DNA of 32,000 bases from Ktedonobacterales bacterium. Its GTDB lineage: Bacteria; Chloroflexota; Ktedonobacteria; Ktedonobacterales; JADMIN01. Below are positions 7,536 through 16,258 of the stretch, in pieces; the stretch's first letter is position 1, and each line of letters begins with the position of its first letter. The position numbers and the translations under genes are program-made. Location: positions 3,030,001 through 3,062,000 of the forward strand of contig CP126532.1 in NCBI GenBank assembly GCA_030167145.1. Direction: 5' to 3'. The notes beneath the pieces are model-generated. The model did no database searches. It was not told where the DNA came from and saw nothing but the letters and a program-made list of their open reading frames with translations.

Positions 7536-8738
7536 ATGAGCCAGACGCACGATACCTCTGAGCGCAGCGCGGCAACAACAACGGATGGACAGACGAAAAG
7601 TCAGTTGATCGCGGCGCTACGGCAGAACTGGCTGCGCGAGCGCGAGGGCGCGCATACCTATCGCGATCTGGCGGCGCACGAGAAGGACACGAACAAGCGC
7701 GCCGTGCTAGTGCGGCTGGCCGAGGCTGAGGAGCGCCACGCGGAGAAATGGGAGCGCAAGCTGGCAGAGCTTGGAGCGACGCCACCGCCCTACCGGTTGA
7801 CGTGGCAGCACCGGCTGAAAGATTTCATCAATCGCGGCATCGGTACCGACGCGGCGCTGCGCCAGATGGAAGCTGCGGAGGACGTGGATATCGCGCGTTA
7901 TGAGCAGCACGCCCGTTCGGTCAGCGACGAAGAGGCAGCGCGTATGCTGCGCGAAGTGCGCCGCGAAGAGGAGGCCCATGGGCGCATCATCCGCGATATG
8001 GTCGCGCCGGAGGGTCCGCAGGGGATGCTGGATGTGATGCTGCGGCGCGAACGGTGGCACAAGCGCGGCGGGGGCTGGATCGGCGACGCGATCTACGGCG
8101 CGAACGACGGCCTGGGCGCGGTCTTCGGCATCGTCAGCGGTGTGGCGGGCGCGACGGCGGGCAGCAGCGAGGTGGTGCTGATTGCGGGGCTGGCGGGCAT
8201 GCTGGCGAGCGCGCTCTCGATGGGATCGGGCGCATATCTGGCGACGAAGAGCGAGCGCGAGATCTATCAGGCGGAGATGGATCGCGAGCGACGCGAAATC
8301 GAAGAGGATCCCGAAGAAGAGAAAGAAGAGCTGGCGCTGTTCTATCAGCTCAAGGGCTTCACCGAAGAGGAGTCGCAGCGGCTAGCGGACAGGCTAAGCC
8401 AGCAGCCGGAGCAATTTCTGCATACGCTGGCGCACGAAGAACTGGGGCTATCGGAGGAGTCGTTTCCGAATCCCATCGTCTCGGCGATCTCAGCGGCGGT
8501 CTCGACTGGCATCGGCGCCTTCATCCCAATCATCCCATTCTTCTTTTTATCGGGTCTGCCCGCCATCATGTGGGCGGCGGCGATCAGTCTGCTGGCGCAC
8601 TTCGCGGTGGGTGCAGCGAAGACACTGGTGACGGGGCGCTCGGTGTGGGCGAGCGGCATGGAGATGACGGTGGTGGGCGCGATAGAGGCGGCGATCACCT
8701 ATGGGCTGGGGCTGCTATTCCATGCCAGCGGGGCGTAG
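7536..8738 (+). CDS. mbfA: Ferritin-like (erythrin) plus VIT1/CCC1 fusion, membrane-bound iron exporter type
   Basis: The N-terminal four-helix ferritin-like motifs are EREGAHTYRDLA and RLAEAEERHAEKW / EEEAHGRI. The C-terminal VIT1 motif is AIYGANDGLGAVFGIVSGVAGA, with TM helices. SD GAAGGAGA precedes ATG 7536. Confidence 0.85.
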   Translation: MSQTHDTSERSAATTTDGQTKSQLIAALRQNWLREREGAHTYRDLAAHEKDTNKRAVLVRLAEAEERHAEKWERKLAELGATPPPYRLTWQHRLKDFINRGIGTDAALRQMEAAEDVDIARYEQHARSVSDEEAARMLREVRREEEAHGRIIRDMVAPEGPQGMLDVMLRRERWHKRGGGWIGDAIYGANDGLGAVFGIVSGVAGATAGSSEVVLIAGLAGMLASALSMGSGAYLATKSEREIYQAEMDRERREIEEDPEEEKEELALFYQLKGFTEEESQRLADRLSQQPEQFLHTLAHEELGLSEESFPNPIVSAISAAVSTGIGAFIPIIPFFFLSGLPAIMWAAAISLLAHFAVGAAKTLVTGRSVWASGMEMTVVGAIEAAITYGLGLLFHASGA

Positions 8739-8768
8739 GAAGCGTTGGTGGCTTATCGGTTCGTTTCG

Positions 8769-9080
8769 CTATGCGTCGGCATCGCGCTCGGCTCGCTCTT
8801 GTGCCCGCTGGATGCGCTCTTCAGACACGCCGAGATGACGGAACCAATCTTCCGTCTCAATGCCAGTCTGCCGTTCCAACTTCGCCAGTTCGGCTAGTTC
8901 ATCATCACCAGCCCCCAGGGCGCGCAGCAACTCATCGTCGGTGAAGTAGACCGTTCCCTGTGCATCGGCGAGCGCGGCCACCATACGTCCGATCAATTGT
9001 TCCGGCGTCTGGTTGTCACGTTCTGCCGCTTTGAGCAACGTCTCATACTGCTCATCTGTCAATTCAAGCACATGGCTCAT
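8769..9080 (-). CDS. Small acidic hypothetical protein
   Basis: ORF 8769..9086. ATG 9080 (MSHVLELTDEQYETLL) has GGGAGAG 8 nt upstream. The GTG at 9086 is too close to that SD. No family was recognised. Confidence 0.55.
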   Translation of the reverse strand: MSHVLELTDEQYETLLKAAERDNQTPEQLIGRMVAALADAQGTVYFTDDELLRALGAGDDELAELAKLERQTGIETEDWFRHLGVSEERIQRAQERAERDADA

Positions 9081-9210
9081 CGTCACACTCTCCCAGAATC
9101 AGGAATGCGCCGCCTGTCTTGCTTCAGTGTACCATGTTCGGGTAGGGGCGGATGTGTGGTAGGGTGTGTGCGGGACACTGGCATAGCTAGGGTGCAAAGG
9201 AAGACGGCGT

Positions 9211-10080
9211 ATGCCCGTTCACGGGGTGTTTCCTGGCGTGAGTGAGGCGGCGCTGGCGCGCATCCAGTCCGCGCTCGGCAGGCGCCCGCGCGGTCTGTTT
9301 AGCGATATTGATGGGACGATCAGCGCAATCGCACCCACGCCAGAGGCGGCAACACTGCTGCCCGGTGTGCGCGAGTTGATCGAGCAGGCGCGTGAAGTCT
9401 TCGACGTGGTGGCGCTGGTCTCGGGGCGCGCGGCGACTGATGCGTTTCGCATGGCGGGCGTGCGCGGCATCACGTACATCGGCAACCACGGGCTGGAGAC
9501 CGCCCTCATTCCCGCCAGCGCGGGCAACACGGCTGGCGGTGTGGATGACCCTGAAGTGATCGTGCGTCCCGAAGCGCAGCCGTACGCGCTCGCCGTTGAG
9601 GCTGCGCTGCGCACCATCGAGGAGCGGCTTGGCCCGCGCTTCGCCGGGCTACAGGTTGAGCGGAAGGGCGTGACGGGAAGCATCCATGTGCGCAATACAC
9701 GCGATCCGGCAGCGGCGGAGACGGCGGTGTATGCGCTGGCGACAGAACTGGCAGAGGCGCATGGGCTGCGCGTGACGCGCGGCAAGATGGTAGTGGAGCT
9801 ACGCCCGCCGCTCGCGGTGGATAAGGGCACAGCGATCGCGGAGATGATCGAGCAAGCCGGGCTACGCGGAGCCATCTACCTGGGCGATGATCGCACAGAT
9901 GTGGATGCGTTCCGCGCGCTGCGACGGCTGAGCGCAGCGGGGACATGCGAGGGCGTGAGCGTCGCGGTGCTGCACGGCGAAGCGCCGCCCGAGCTGACCG
10001 ACGAGGCGGATGTGGCGCTGGCGTCGGTGGTGCGTGTGCCTGATTTCCTGCGTTGGCTGCTGGCGTTGGCGCGCGATTGA
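9211..10080 (+). CDS. otsB: Trehalose-6-phosphate phosphatase (HAD-IIB)
   Basis: HAD motif I is FSDIDGTIS and motif IV is YLGDDRTDVDAF. VSGR, the cap region VERKGVTGSIHVRN and VELRPPLAVDKG are typical of OtsB. Confidence 0.85.
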   Translation: MPVHGVFPGVSEAALARIQSALGRRPRGLFSDIDGTISAIAPTPEAATLLPGVRELIEQAREVFDVVALVSGRAATDAFRMAGVRGITYIGNHGLETALIPASAGNTAGGVDDPEVIVRPEAQPYALAVEAALRTIEERLGPRFAGLQVERKGVTGSIHVRNTRDPAAAETAVYALATELAEAHGLRVTRGKMVVELRPPLAVDKGTAIAEMIEQAGLRGAIYLGDDRTDVDAFRALRRLSAAGTCEGVSVAVLHGEAPPELTDEADVALASVVRVPDFLRWLLALARD

Positions 10081-10110
10081 GCAAGAAATCACGATGGTAT
10101 TACCACTCCC

Positions 10111-10139
10111 TTGCAAACATGCTTATTATGTATTATTGT
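10111..10139 (+). promoter_or_regulatory. Sigma70-type promoter candidate for mscL
   Basis: TTGCAA (10111-10116), 17-nt spacer, TATTGT (10134-10139), within an AT-rich patch about 110 nt upstream of ATG 10252. Confidence 0.5.
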
Positions 10140-10251
10140 GGCCTGTAATACACTTGTTCGTATGGACATGTGTAGAGATGGGTGGGTTGTTTCCACCGCG
10201 TGGGGCGCTGTTGTGTGAGGTGTGGACCAGCCAAGTCTGGGGAGGACGAGC

Positions 10252-10683
10252 ATGAAACAGCTAGCCAGCGAGTTCAAAGACTTCATCATGCGGGGCAACG
10301 TGGTTGATCTGGCCGTGGCGGTGGTCATCGGCGTGGCGTTCGGAGCGGTGATCAATGCGCTTGTCAACGACATCATCATGCCCATCATCGGCATCTTGGG
10401 CGGCAAGCCCAACTTCGACCAGTATTACTGGACCATCAACGGCAGCAAGATCCTGGTCGGGTCGTTCCTCACCGCTGTCGTTGCATTCCTCATCATCGCG
10501 GCGGCAATCTTCTTCCTGGTCATCAAGCCACTGAACATGGCCGCGAACCGTTTCAAGAAGCCCGCGACCGCCGCAGAGGCGACCACGCGCGAGTGCCCCT
10601 ACTGCCTGAGCGAGATTCCAGCGAAGGCCACGCGCTGCGCGCACTGCACGCAAGAGGTGCCCGCGCTGGTCACGACGGCCTAG
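10252..10683 (+). CDS. mscL: Large-conductance mechanosensitive channel with a C-terminal zinc-ribbon tail
   Basis: FKDFIMRGNVVDLAVAVVIGVAFGAVINALVNDIIMPIIG is the MscL signature. SD GGGGAGGA precedes ATG 10252. The tail is RECPYCLSEIPAKATRCAHCTQ (CxxC-x12-CxxC). Confidence 0.9.
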   Translation: MKQLASEFKDFIMRGNVVDLAVAVVIGVAFGAVINALVNDIIMPIIGILGGKPNFDQYYWTINGSKILVGSFLTAVVAFLIIAAAIFFLVIKPLNMAANRFKKPATAAEATTRECPYCLSEIPAKATRCAHCTQEVPALVTTA

Positions 10684-10807
10684 CGGCCAGACGAGCCACA
10701 GTGAGCCGGTTGTACCTCCTCGGCGATGCGCCCCACCCAGCGGAGTACACCGGCTTTCGCTTACCCATGAGCAGCCGTCTTTTCCTGCCCATGCTATACT
10801 GAGCGCT

Positions 10808-11443
10808 ATGCTCATCTTTTTCGTCAAAGCGATTGTCGCGATGTTCACCGTGGTGGACCCGGTGGGGTTGGTGCCGGTGGTGCTGTCGCTCACACCAGGC
10901 TTCACACCCGCGATGCGCCGTGCGGGCATCAGCCGCGCCACCTTCATCGCCGCGATCATCATTGCCATCTTCGCCATCTTTGGGCAGGCGATCTTCACCT
11001 ACCTGGGCGTGACGGGCGAGGCGTTCAGTATAGCTGGCGGGGTGCTGCTCTTCCTCGTCGCGATAGACATGCTCTTCGGGCGGCAGTCCGGCGCACGCGA
11101 GACACCACGCGAAGCGCGCGACGCGCGCACCCGAGAAGATATGAGCGTCTTCACCTTCCCGCTAGCGATCCCCATGATTGCCGGCCCCGGCACTATCACC
11201 ACCGTGATTCTGCTCGTCGCGGCAGCGGGCGGCGACCCACTGAAGCTCGCCGCCGTGGGTGTGGCGGCGCTGATCACGCTGATCGCCGCGTGGATTGCGA
11301 TGCTTATCAGCCTGCCGATTCAGAAGGCCATCGGCACGACGGGCATCCTTGTCCTCTCGCGCGTGCTCGGCATGCTGCTGGCCGCCGTCGCCGCCCAGTT
11401 CATCCTGAACGGCATCGCCACCTTCCTCCATATACCGCACTGA
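10808..11443 (+). CDS. MarC/UPF0056 family membrane protein
   Basis: FTVVDPVGLVPVVLSLT at the N-terminus and a 6-TM profile. TATACT (10795-10800) ends 7 nt before the ATG, and there is no SD. Confidence 0.85.
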   Translation: MLIFFVKAIVAMFTVVDPVGLVPVVLSLTPGFTPAMRRAGISRATFIAAIIIAIFAIFGQAIFTYLGVTGEAFSIAGGVLLFLVAIDMLFGRQSGARETPREARDARTREDMSVFTFPLAIPMIAGPGTITTVILLVAAAGGDPLKLAAVGVAALITLIAAWIAMLISLPIQKAIGTTGILVLSRVLGMLLAAVAAQFILNGIATFLHIPH

Positions 11444-11469
11444 AGCCCGCGCACGCTAGGCGGGCTTCA
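11441..11469. terminator. Stem-loop between convergent genes, spanning both stop codons
   Basis: TGAAGCCCGC (11441-11450), 9-nt loop, GCGGGCTTCA (11460-11469). There is no U-tract on either side. Confidence 0.45.
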
Positions 11470-13990
11470 GTTGCAGATAGGCCGCCGTCGCCTTCGTCTC
11501 TGCCTCCGGTGAGTAGGCCATGCTCTGATACGTGCCCGCGTTCCACAGCGGGGCGAGATCGAAGTAGTGTGGCGAGAAGGGCTGGCCCGATTCGCCGGTG
11601 GTCGTCACCCAGAGCGAATTATCGAAGTTGCCCAGGTCAATGATCTGGCGCATCGAAGGCACCGAGCGCTGATCGTAGTTGGGCGGATCGCTGGTGAAGT
11701 GGCCGTCGCCGCCGATGTTGACCGTCACGCCGTCACCCGCGCGCGCCACCGGACTCGTGCCGAAGATCAGATTCAGCGGCGTGACCGAGGCCAGCGGGTG
11801 ATCGAAGTGTGCCTGGTGCAGCTTGCCCCACTGCCACTGCGACGTATCCGACCCCAGCGCCACACGCAACCGGCTCATGGCGCGGGCCATCGCGCTGGCG
11901 ATGAAAGTGTCGCGGGCGGTGGTCGCGTCCGCCGCCGACTGCGCGCCGAAGAACGGCGGCTGCGGCGTCGCCACCTGGCTCAGCAGCATCGAATACAGGC
12001 CGCTCATCGAATAGTTGTCGCGATAGACTTCGTAGAGCTTCTTGCCCAGAATCTGCTCGCCGATGCTGCGAATCAACTCGCCAGCCGTTGCCTCATAGAG
12101 CGCCGCCGCGCCGCTGTTTGCCGTCATGCGATAGTCCCAGCCCTGCAACAAGTGCGCCGCCAGCGCCGCGTCGCCGCCCGCCGCCGTGCCCACGCGCGTC
12201 AGCACCGGCACCAGTTGCGCGGCGGGTAGCGTGTACACATCGGTCTGCACCTGCTCGATGTCGCTGATCGAAAGCGGCGATTTCGAGTTGAGCAGGTCTA
12301 TGATGCGCCGCGCCCGATAGCCCTGGTCCCAATCGGCGGTGACGTAGAGGCCGGGCGAGTCGGGGACGATTTGATTATTGGCCGTGGCGATGATGTGCGT
12401 CGGTGGATTGAACAGGCGCGGCATCTGCGCGTTGGGGACGTAGCCCTGCCACTCGAAGGCGGGGTCCGTGCCATCCACGGGCAGCAGGTCATTATCAGCG
12501 GGGCGCAGCGGTAGCAGGCCCGACATGAGATAGCCGATGTTGCCCCGTGTATCGGCATAGACGAAGTTTTGGCTGATCGAAATGTCGCCCACCGCCGCCT
12601 GGAACTCATTCCAATCGCTGGCCTCATCCACCTGGAAGAAACCGGCAAAGGTATAGCCAGGCTGGAGCGCCGTCCACTTCAGCGCGACGGGCGTAAAGCC
12701 CTTCAGGTCTTTCACGACCGAGTTCAACAGCGGCCCATGTCGGGTAGCGCTGACGGTGAACGTGACGGAAGCGCCGCCGCGCACGCGAATCGTCTCCTGG
12801 TGCGTCTGCAGCGGCAGCCAATCGCCGTGATACTCATACATCCCCGGATGCCCGGCGGGGTCGAGATGCTCCATATAGAGGTCGGTATCGTCCGCGCCCA
12901 CGTTGGTGACACCCCAGGCGATGTCGGCGTTGTGGCCAATAATCACGCCAGGGACGCCAGGGAACGAATAGCCGATCACGTCCAGCCCGCCGCCGCGCAG
13001 CCCCACCTCGTACCAGATCGAGGGCATGTTGATGCCCAGATGCGGATCATTGGCCAGCAGCGGCTTGCCGGTGGTTGTTTTCGAGCCATCCACCACCCAA
13101 TCGTTGCTACCGAGGGCGTCGCTGATGCCGCCAAGGAGATCATGCACCGTGGCCGCACCGCGCAGCACCTCCGCTGGCAGATGCGCGAATGCGGCGACCG
13201 TCTGTGGCGAGACACGCGCCATCGCGGCGCCTCCGGTGGAAGCGGCCAGCCCCGGCGAGGCTGGCGCGCTGGAAGTGAGCGGCGCGGCAGTGCCATCGGC
13301 GGCGATGAGCGTCGGGTTCTGCGACGGATACGGCGGGAATAACTCACTCGTCACGTCCGGACCCACCTTGGCGAGCACCATCGCGCGGGTGTACTTGGTA
13401 TACCAGTTCTCGTCGAGCGAGAGCGCGACGACCCGCCCATAGGCGAGGCTATCCAGCGGCGTCCACTTAGCGGGCGTGATGCCCAGAATCGTGAATTCGA
13501 GGGGCAGCGAACTGCTATGCGACGTGATGAACGCATTGATGCCGTCGGAGTAGGCCTGTAGCTCAGTCAACACACGTGGATCTATCGAGAGCATTTCGAC
13601 TCTGGCGCTTGCATACAGGTCCAGTGTGCGCAGGAACTCATCGGCCTCGATCAGGCTATTATCCGGCCCCGCGCCGAACATCTCCGCCAGCCGCCCCTGC
13701 GCCACACGCCGGTTGAACTCCATCTGGAACAGCCGGTCTTGCGCGGTCACATAGCCCTGCGCGAAGGCGACATCGTGCAGGTCCGAGCCAGTGATGCGCG
13801 GCACACCCCAGCGGTCGCGCAGCACCGAGACCGGCGCTTGCAAGCCCGCCACGCTGAGTGTGCCGGTGGTCTGGGGCAGGGTGCGCCCGATGAAGAACGC
13901 GCCCGCGCCGGTGAGGATGATCGCCAGCACGAGCACGATGAAACCAAAGACCAGGAGAAATCGCCCTAGCCTGCGCCAGAATTTCCGCAT
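11456..13990 (-). CDS. Penicillin acylase family Ntn-hydrolase (penicillin/AHL acylase-like), N-terminal membrane anchor
   Basis: 844 aa. Contains the beta-subunit nucleophile context LGSNDWVVDGSKTTTGKPLLANDPHLG, plus GYVTAQDRLFQMEF. The signal/anchor is FLLVFGFIVLVLAIILTGAGAFF. Confidence 0.9.
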   Translation of the reverse strand: MRKFWRRLGRFLLVFGFIVLVLAIILTGAGAFFIGRTLPQTTGTLSVAGLQAPVSVLRDRWGVPRITGSDLHDVAFAQGYVTAQDRLFQMEFNRRVAQGRLAEMFGAGPDNSLIEADEFLRTLDLYASARVEMLSIDPRVLTELQAYSDGINAFITSHSSSLPLEFTILGITPAKWTPLDSLAYGRVVALSLDENWYTKYTRAMVLAKVGPDVTSELFPPYPSQNPTLIAADGTAAPLTSSAPASPGLAASTGGAAMARVSPQTVAAFAHLPAEVLRGAATVHDLLGGISDALGSNDWVVDGSKTTTGKPLLANDPHLGINMPSIWYEVGLRGGGLDVIGYSFPGVPGVIIGHNADIAWGVTNVGADDTDLYMEHLDPAGHPGMYEYHGDWLPLQTHQETIRVRGGASVTFTVSATRHGPLLNSVVKDLKGFTPVALKWTALQPGYTFAGFFQVDEASDWNEFQAAVGDISISQNFVYADTRGNIGYLMSGLLPLRPADNDLLPVDGTDPAFEWQGYVPNAQMPRLFNPPTHIIATANNQIVPDSPGLYVTADWDQGYRARRIIDLLNSKSPLSISDIEQVQTDVYTLPAAQLVPVLTRVGTAAGGDAALAAHLLQGWDYRMTANSGAAALYEATAGELIRSIGEQILGKKLYEVYRDNYSMSGLYSMLLSQVATPQPPFFGAQSAADATTARDTFIASAMARAMSRLRVALGSDTSQWQWGKLHQAHFDHPLASVTPLNLIFGTSPVARAGDGVTVNIGGDGHFTSDPPNYDQRSVPSMRQIIDLGNFDNSLWVTTTGESGQPFSPHYFDLAPLWNAGTYQSMAYSPEAETKATAAYLQLKPA

Positions 13991-14407
13991 GAGAACGCCA
14001 CCTTACCCACAACAACGACACGACACCGCACACAGCGAAGAAGAAGAGACCGCGAAGCAGACAAAGCGCCAGTCTCTACGAGATAGAACGAAGGAATGCG
14101 CGCGTGCGGGGAACTTGAAACACGCCGCCACGCGAAGACGTAGATTACTGGTGAGAGCGCAACGTGAGGAGCGCGTCCCCCACAAACCGCCCGCTGTGAC
14201 GCCCAGTCTAGCAGGTTTTGGCGCGTCAGGCAATGGAGGGACGTGGAGCACGCGCCGCGCATACGTGTGACGCCAGTCCGCATGACGAAAGTCACGAGCG
14301 GCGACAGCGCGAAAATGTATCTCACGGCAGATGCGCCCCTGCCTGGCGCGACGTACACTATCTCATGCGAGAGATGTAGCACAATAACGGATGTGAGAGG
14401 CGTCATT

Positions 14408-15022
14408 ATGGCAAACACACCGCAGACGACACCGGACCCCGAAGAGCAGCGCGCGGACCTCATGGCGACGCTCGCCGCCGCCCGCGAACTGGGGCCGGAT
14501 ATGGATAAGGCGATTGCGGATTCGTATCTGGAACGCAAGCGCAGCGAACAGGCAGCGCAACCGAAACAGCAGCAAGTAGCGCCGGTGCAGGCGGCATCGG
14601 TTCCGGGCCAACCCACGCATCCGCTCGCGTTTCTGCTGCCCAGCGCGGGCATCTGCGTGTACATCGTGCTGCTGATCGTCTCGCATGGCGCGCTCTGGTG
14701 GACATTCTGGCTGATTCCAGCGATCGGTGGCTGGGGCTGGTGGGGCGGGAGCAACGATGCCCACGAACGGCACCGCGCGCAGCGCAACGCCTATCGCCAG
14801 GCGCGCTGGCAGGCCCGCTACAACTACCGCTACGGCCCGCCGCCGACCGTTCCCGCGCCGCAGGAGCAGCCGCAGCCGCCCCAGATGAGCGCACCTGCGC
14901 CTACACAGCAGCCAACGCCGCCCACCTCTCAGGCCGCACCGCTGCCGCCCACGCCCCAGGCGAGCGCAGCCCCGCAGAACAGTGCGCCCACGCAGCAGCC
15001 TCCGCTCAATCCAGCGGGGTGA
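14408..15022 (+). CDS. Hypothetical membrane protein with a Pro/Gln-rich C-terminal tail
   Basis: ATG 14408 (MANTPQTTPDPEEQ). Two hydrophobic helices, ICVYIVLLIVSHGALWWTFWLIPAIGGWGWW. The P/Q-rich tail is PQEQPQPPQMSAPAPTQQPTPP. The 5' part of ORF 14243.. lies in a non-coding-looking region. Confidence 0.55.
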   Translation: MANTPQTTPDPEEQRADLMATLAAARELGPDMDKAIADSYLERKRSEQAAQPKQQQVAPVQAASVPGQPTHPLAFLLPSAGICVYIVLLIVSHGALWWTFWLIPAIGGWGWWGGSNDAHERHRAQRNAYRQARWQARYNYRYGPPPTVPAPQEQPQPPQMSAPAPTQQPTPPTSQAAPLPPTPQASAAPQNSAPTQQPPLNPAG

Positions 15023-15059
15023 CGCCACACCTACCCAGTATCCTATCCGCGCCAGTACC

Positions 15060-15100
15060 ATCGGCCTTTCGGTTGTCACGCATGACCGGAAGGCCGATGC
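15060..15100 (+). terminator. Long stem-loop downstream of 14408..15022
   Basis: CATCGGCCTTTCGGT (15060-15074) pairs with ACCGGAAGGCCGATG (15086-15100) over 15 bp, including one G-U. The loop is 11 nt. No U-tract follows. Confidence 0.45.
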
Positions 15101-15185
15101 CGTGTGAGAGTAGATACAGCAAGGCGCTTGAAGGTGCTGTAAAACGCTGAACGGAAGCAACATGTACGCATACTCAGGAGGCGTT

Positions 15186-15737
15186 ATGGGCAAGGTGATT
15201 ATTGGCGCAACCATGTCGCTGGATTGGTTCATGAGCGACCGCACTGGCGACGTGAGCCGCCTGTATCCGAATCTGCTAGCATTGCACGAAACAGAGATGC
15301 TACAAGAAGAAATGCGTATGACCGGCGCGGTGGTGATGGGCAGACGTGCCTACGACATGGCGCAGGGCGATTTCACAGACTACGAATACCAGGCGCCGAT
15401 CTTCGTTCTGACCCATACGATTCCCGACACGGTGGCGAAAGGCGAGAATGAGCGCTTGCGGTTCACCTTCGTCACCGATGGGGTCGAACGCGCCATCGAG
15501 CAAGCCAGAGCCGCTGCGGGCGACAGACATGTCACCGTGGTCGGCGGCGCGCAGACCGCCCAGCAATGCCTGCGCGCCGGGCTGGTGGACGAACTCCATA
15601 TCGGTATCGTCCCCGTCATCCTGGGCGAAGGTCTGCGCTTCTTCGAGCCGCACGCCAATGAGCAACTGCAACTGGAGCGCATCAACGTCTTCGCGTCGCC
15701 CACGCGAACCGACCTCTGGTTTCGCGTGGTCAAATAG
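15186..15737 (+). CDS. Dihydrofolate reductase-like / RibD C-terminal domain family reductase
   Basis: MGKVIIGATMSLDWF...GAVVMGRRAYD...VTVVGGAQTAQQCLRAGLVDELHIGIVPVILGEGLRFF. SD CAGGAGG lies 5 nt before ATG 15186. Confidence 0.8.
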   Translation: MGKVIIGATMSLDWFMSDRTGDVSRLYPNLLALHETEMLQEEMRMTGAVVMGRRAYDMAQGDFTDYEYQAPIFVLTHTIPDTVAKGENERLRFTFVTDGVERAIEQARAAAGDRHVTVVGGAQTAQQCLRAGLVDELHIGIVPVILGEGLRFFEPHANEQLQLERINVFASPTRTDLWFRVVK

Positions 15738-15769
15738 GCTTGCCACCTGCTACCATGCCAGGCACACAC

Positions 15770-15778
15770 TGATATAAT
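15770..15778 (+). promoter_or_regulatory. Extended -10 promoter element TGATATAAT
   Basis: TG-A-TATAAT at 15770-15778, about 24 nt upstream of ATG 15802. No good -35 was found. It has the same TGATATAmT form as the element upstream of rnpB. Confidence 0.45.
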
Positions 15779-15801
15779 CCTAAACGAGACAGGAGAAGCA
15801 C

Positions 15802-16197
15802 ATGAGCATGCGAGCGACCGGAACGTTCGATATTGATAGCTGGGACCAGCAGCCCTACGATGACCGCGACGGCGTGCAGATGGCGCGCACGCGCGTCGCC
15901 AAGACCTTCCACGGCGAGATCGAGGGCACGAGCACGGCGGAACTGCTGATGGTGGGCGCACCGAATGGCTCCGCCGCGTATGTTGGCATGGAGCGCATCG
16001 TCTGCCGCGTGCATGGCCGCACGGGCAGCTTTGTGCTGCTGCACGACGCGGTGCGCTCCGCCACCACGCAGTCAGCCACGTGGAGCATCGTGCCCGATTC
16101 GGGAACCGGCGAGCTTCAAGGGTTGCGCGGCGCCGCGCAGATCACCATCGAGCCGGACGGCGGCCACACCTTCACACTGGACTACGACCTGGACTGA
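15802..16197 (+). CDS. DUF3224 domain protein
   Basis: ATGTFDIDSWDQQPY...KTFHGEIEGTSTAELLM...GSFVLLH...GTGELQGLRG matches the DUF3224 pattern. SD CAGGAGAAG. Confidence 0.75.
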   Translation: MSMRATGTFDIDSWDQQPYDDRDGVQMARTRVAKTFHGEIEGTSTAELLMVGAPNGSAAYVGMERIVCRVHGRTGSFVLLHDAVRSATTQSATWSIVPDSGTGELQGLRGAAQITIEPDGGHTFTLDYDLD

Positions 16198-16209
16198 CCA
16201 GCATGGGAA

Positions 16210-16235
16210 AAGCCCCGCACGAATGCGGGGCTTTT
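16210..16235. terminator. Bidirectional rho-independent terminator
   Basis: AAAAGCCCCGCA-CGAA-TGCGGGGCTTTT has a 9-bp GC-rich stem with A-run and T-run flanks. It sits between the convergent DUF3224 gene and ctaB. Confidence 0.85.
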
Positions 16236-16258
16236 CAATGTGTACTTGCGCATCGCCG

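Noticed and set aside
9219-10084. Minus-strand ORFs 9219..9875 and 9506..10084
   Set aside because: They are antisense to otsB, which has clear HAD motifs on the plus strand.
10261-10998. 245-aa minus-strand ORF
   Set aside because: It is antisense to both mscL and the MarC gene, which have unmistakable family signatures.
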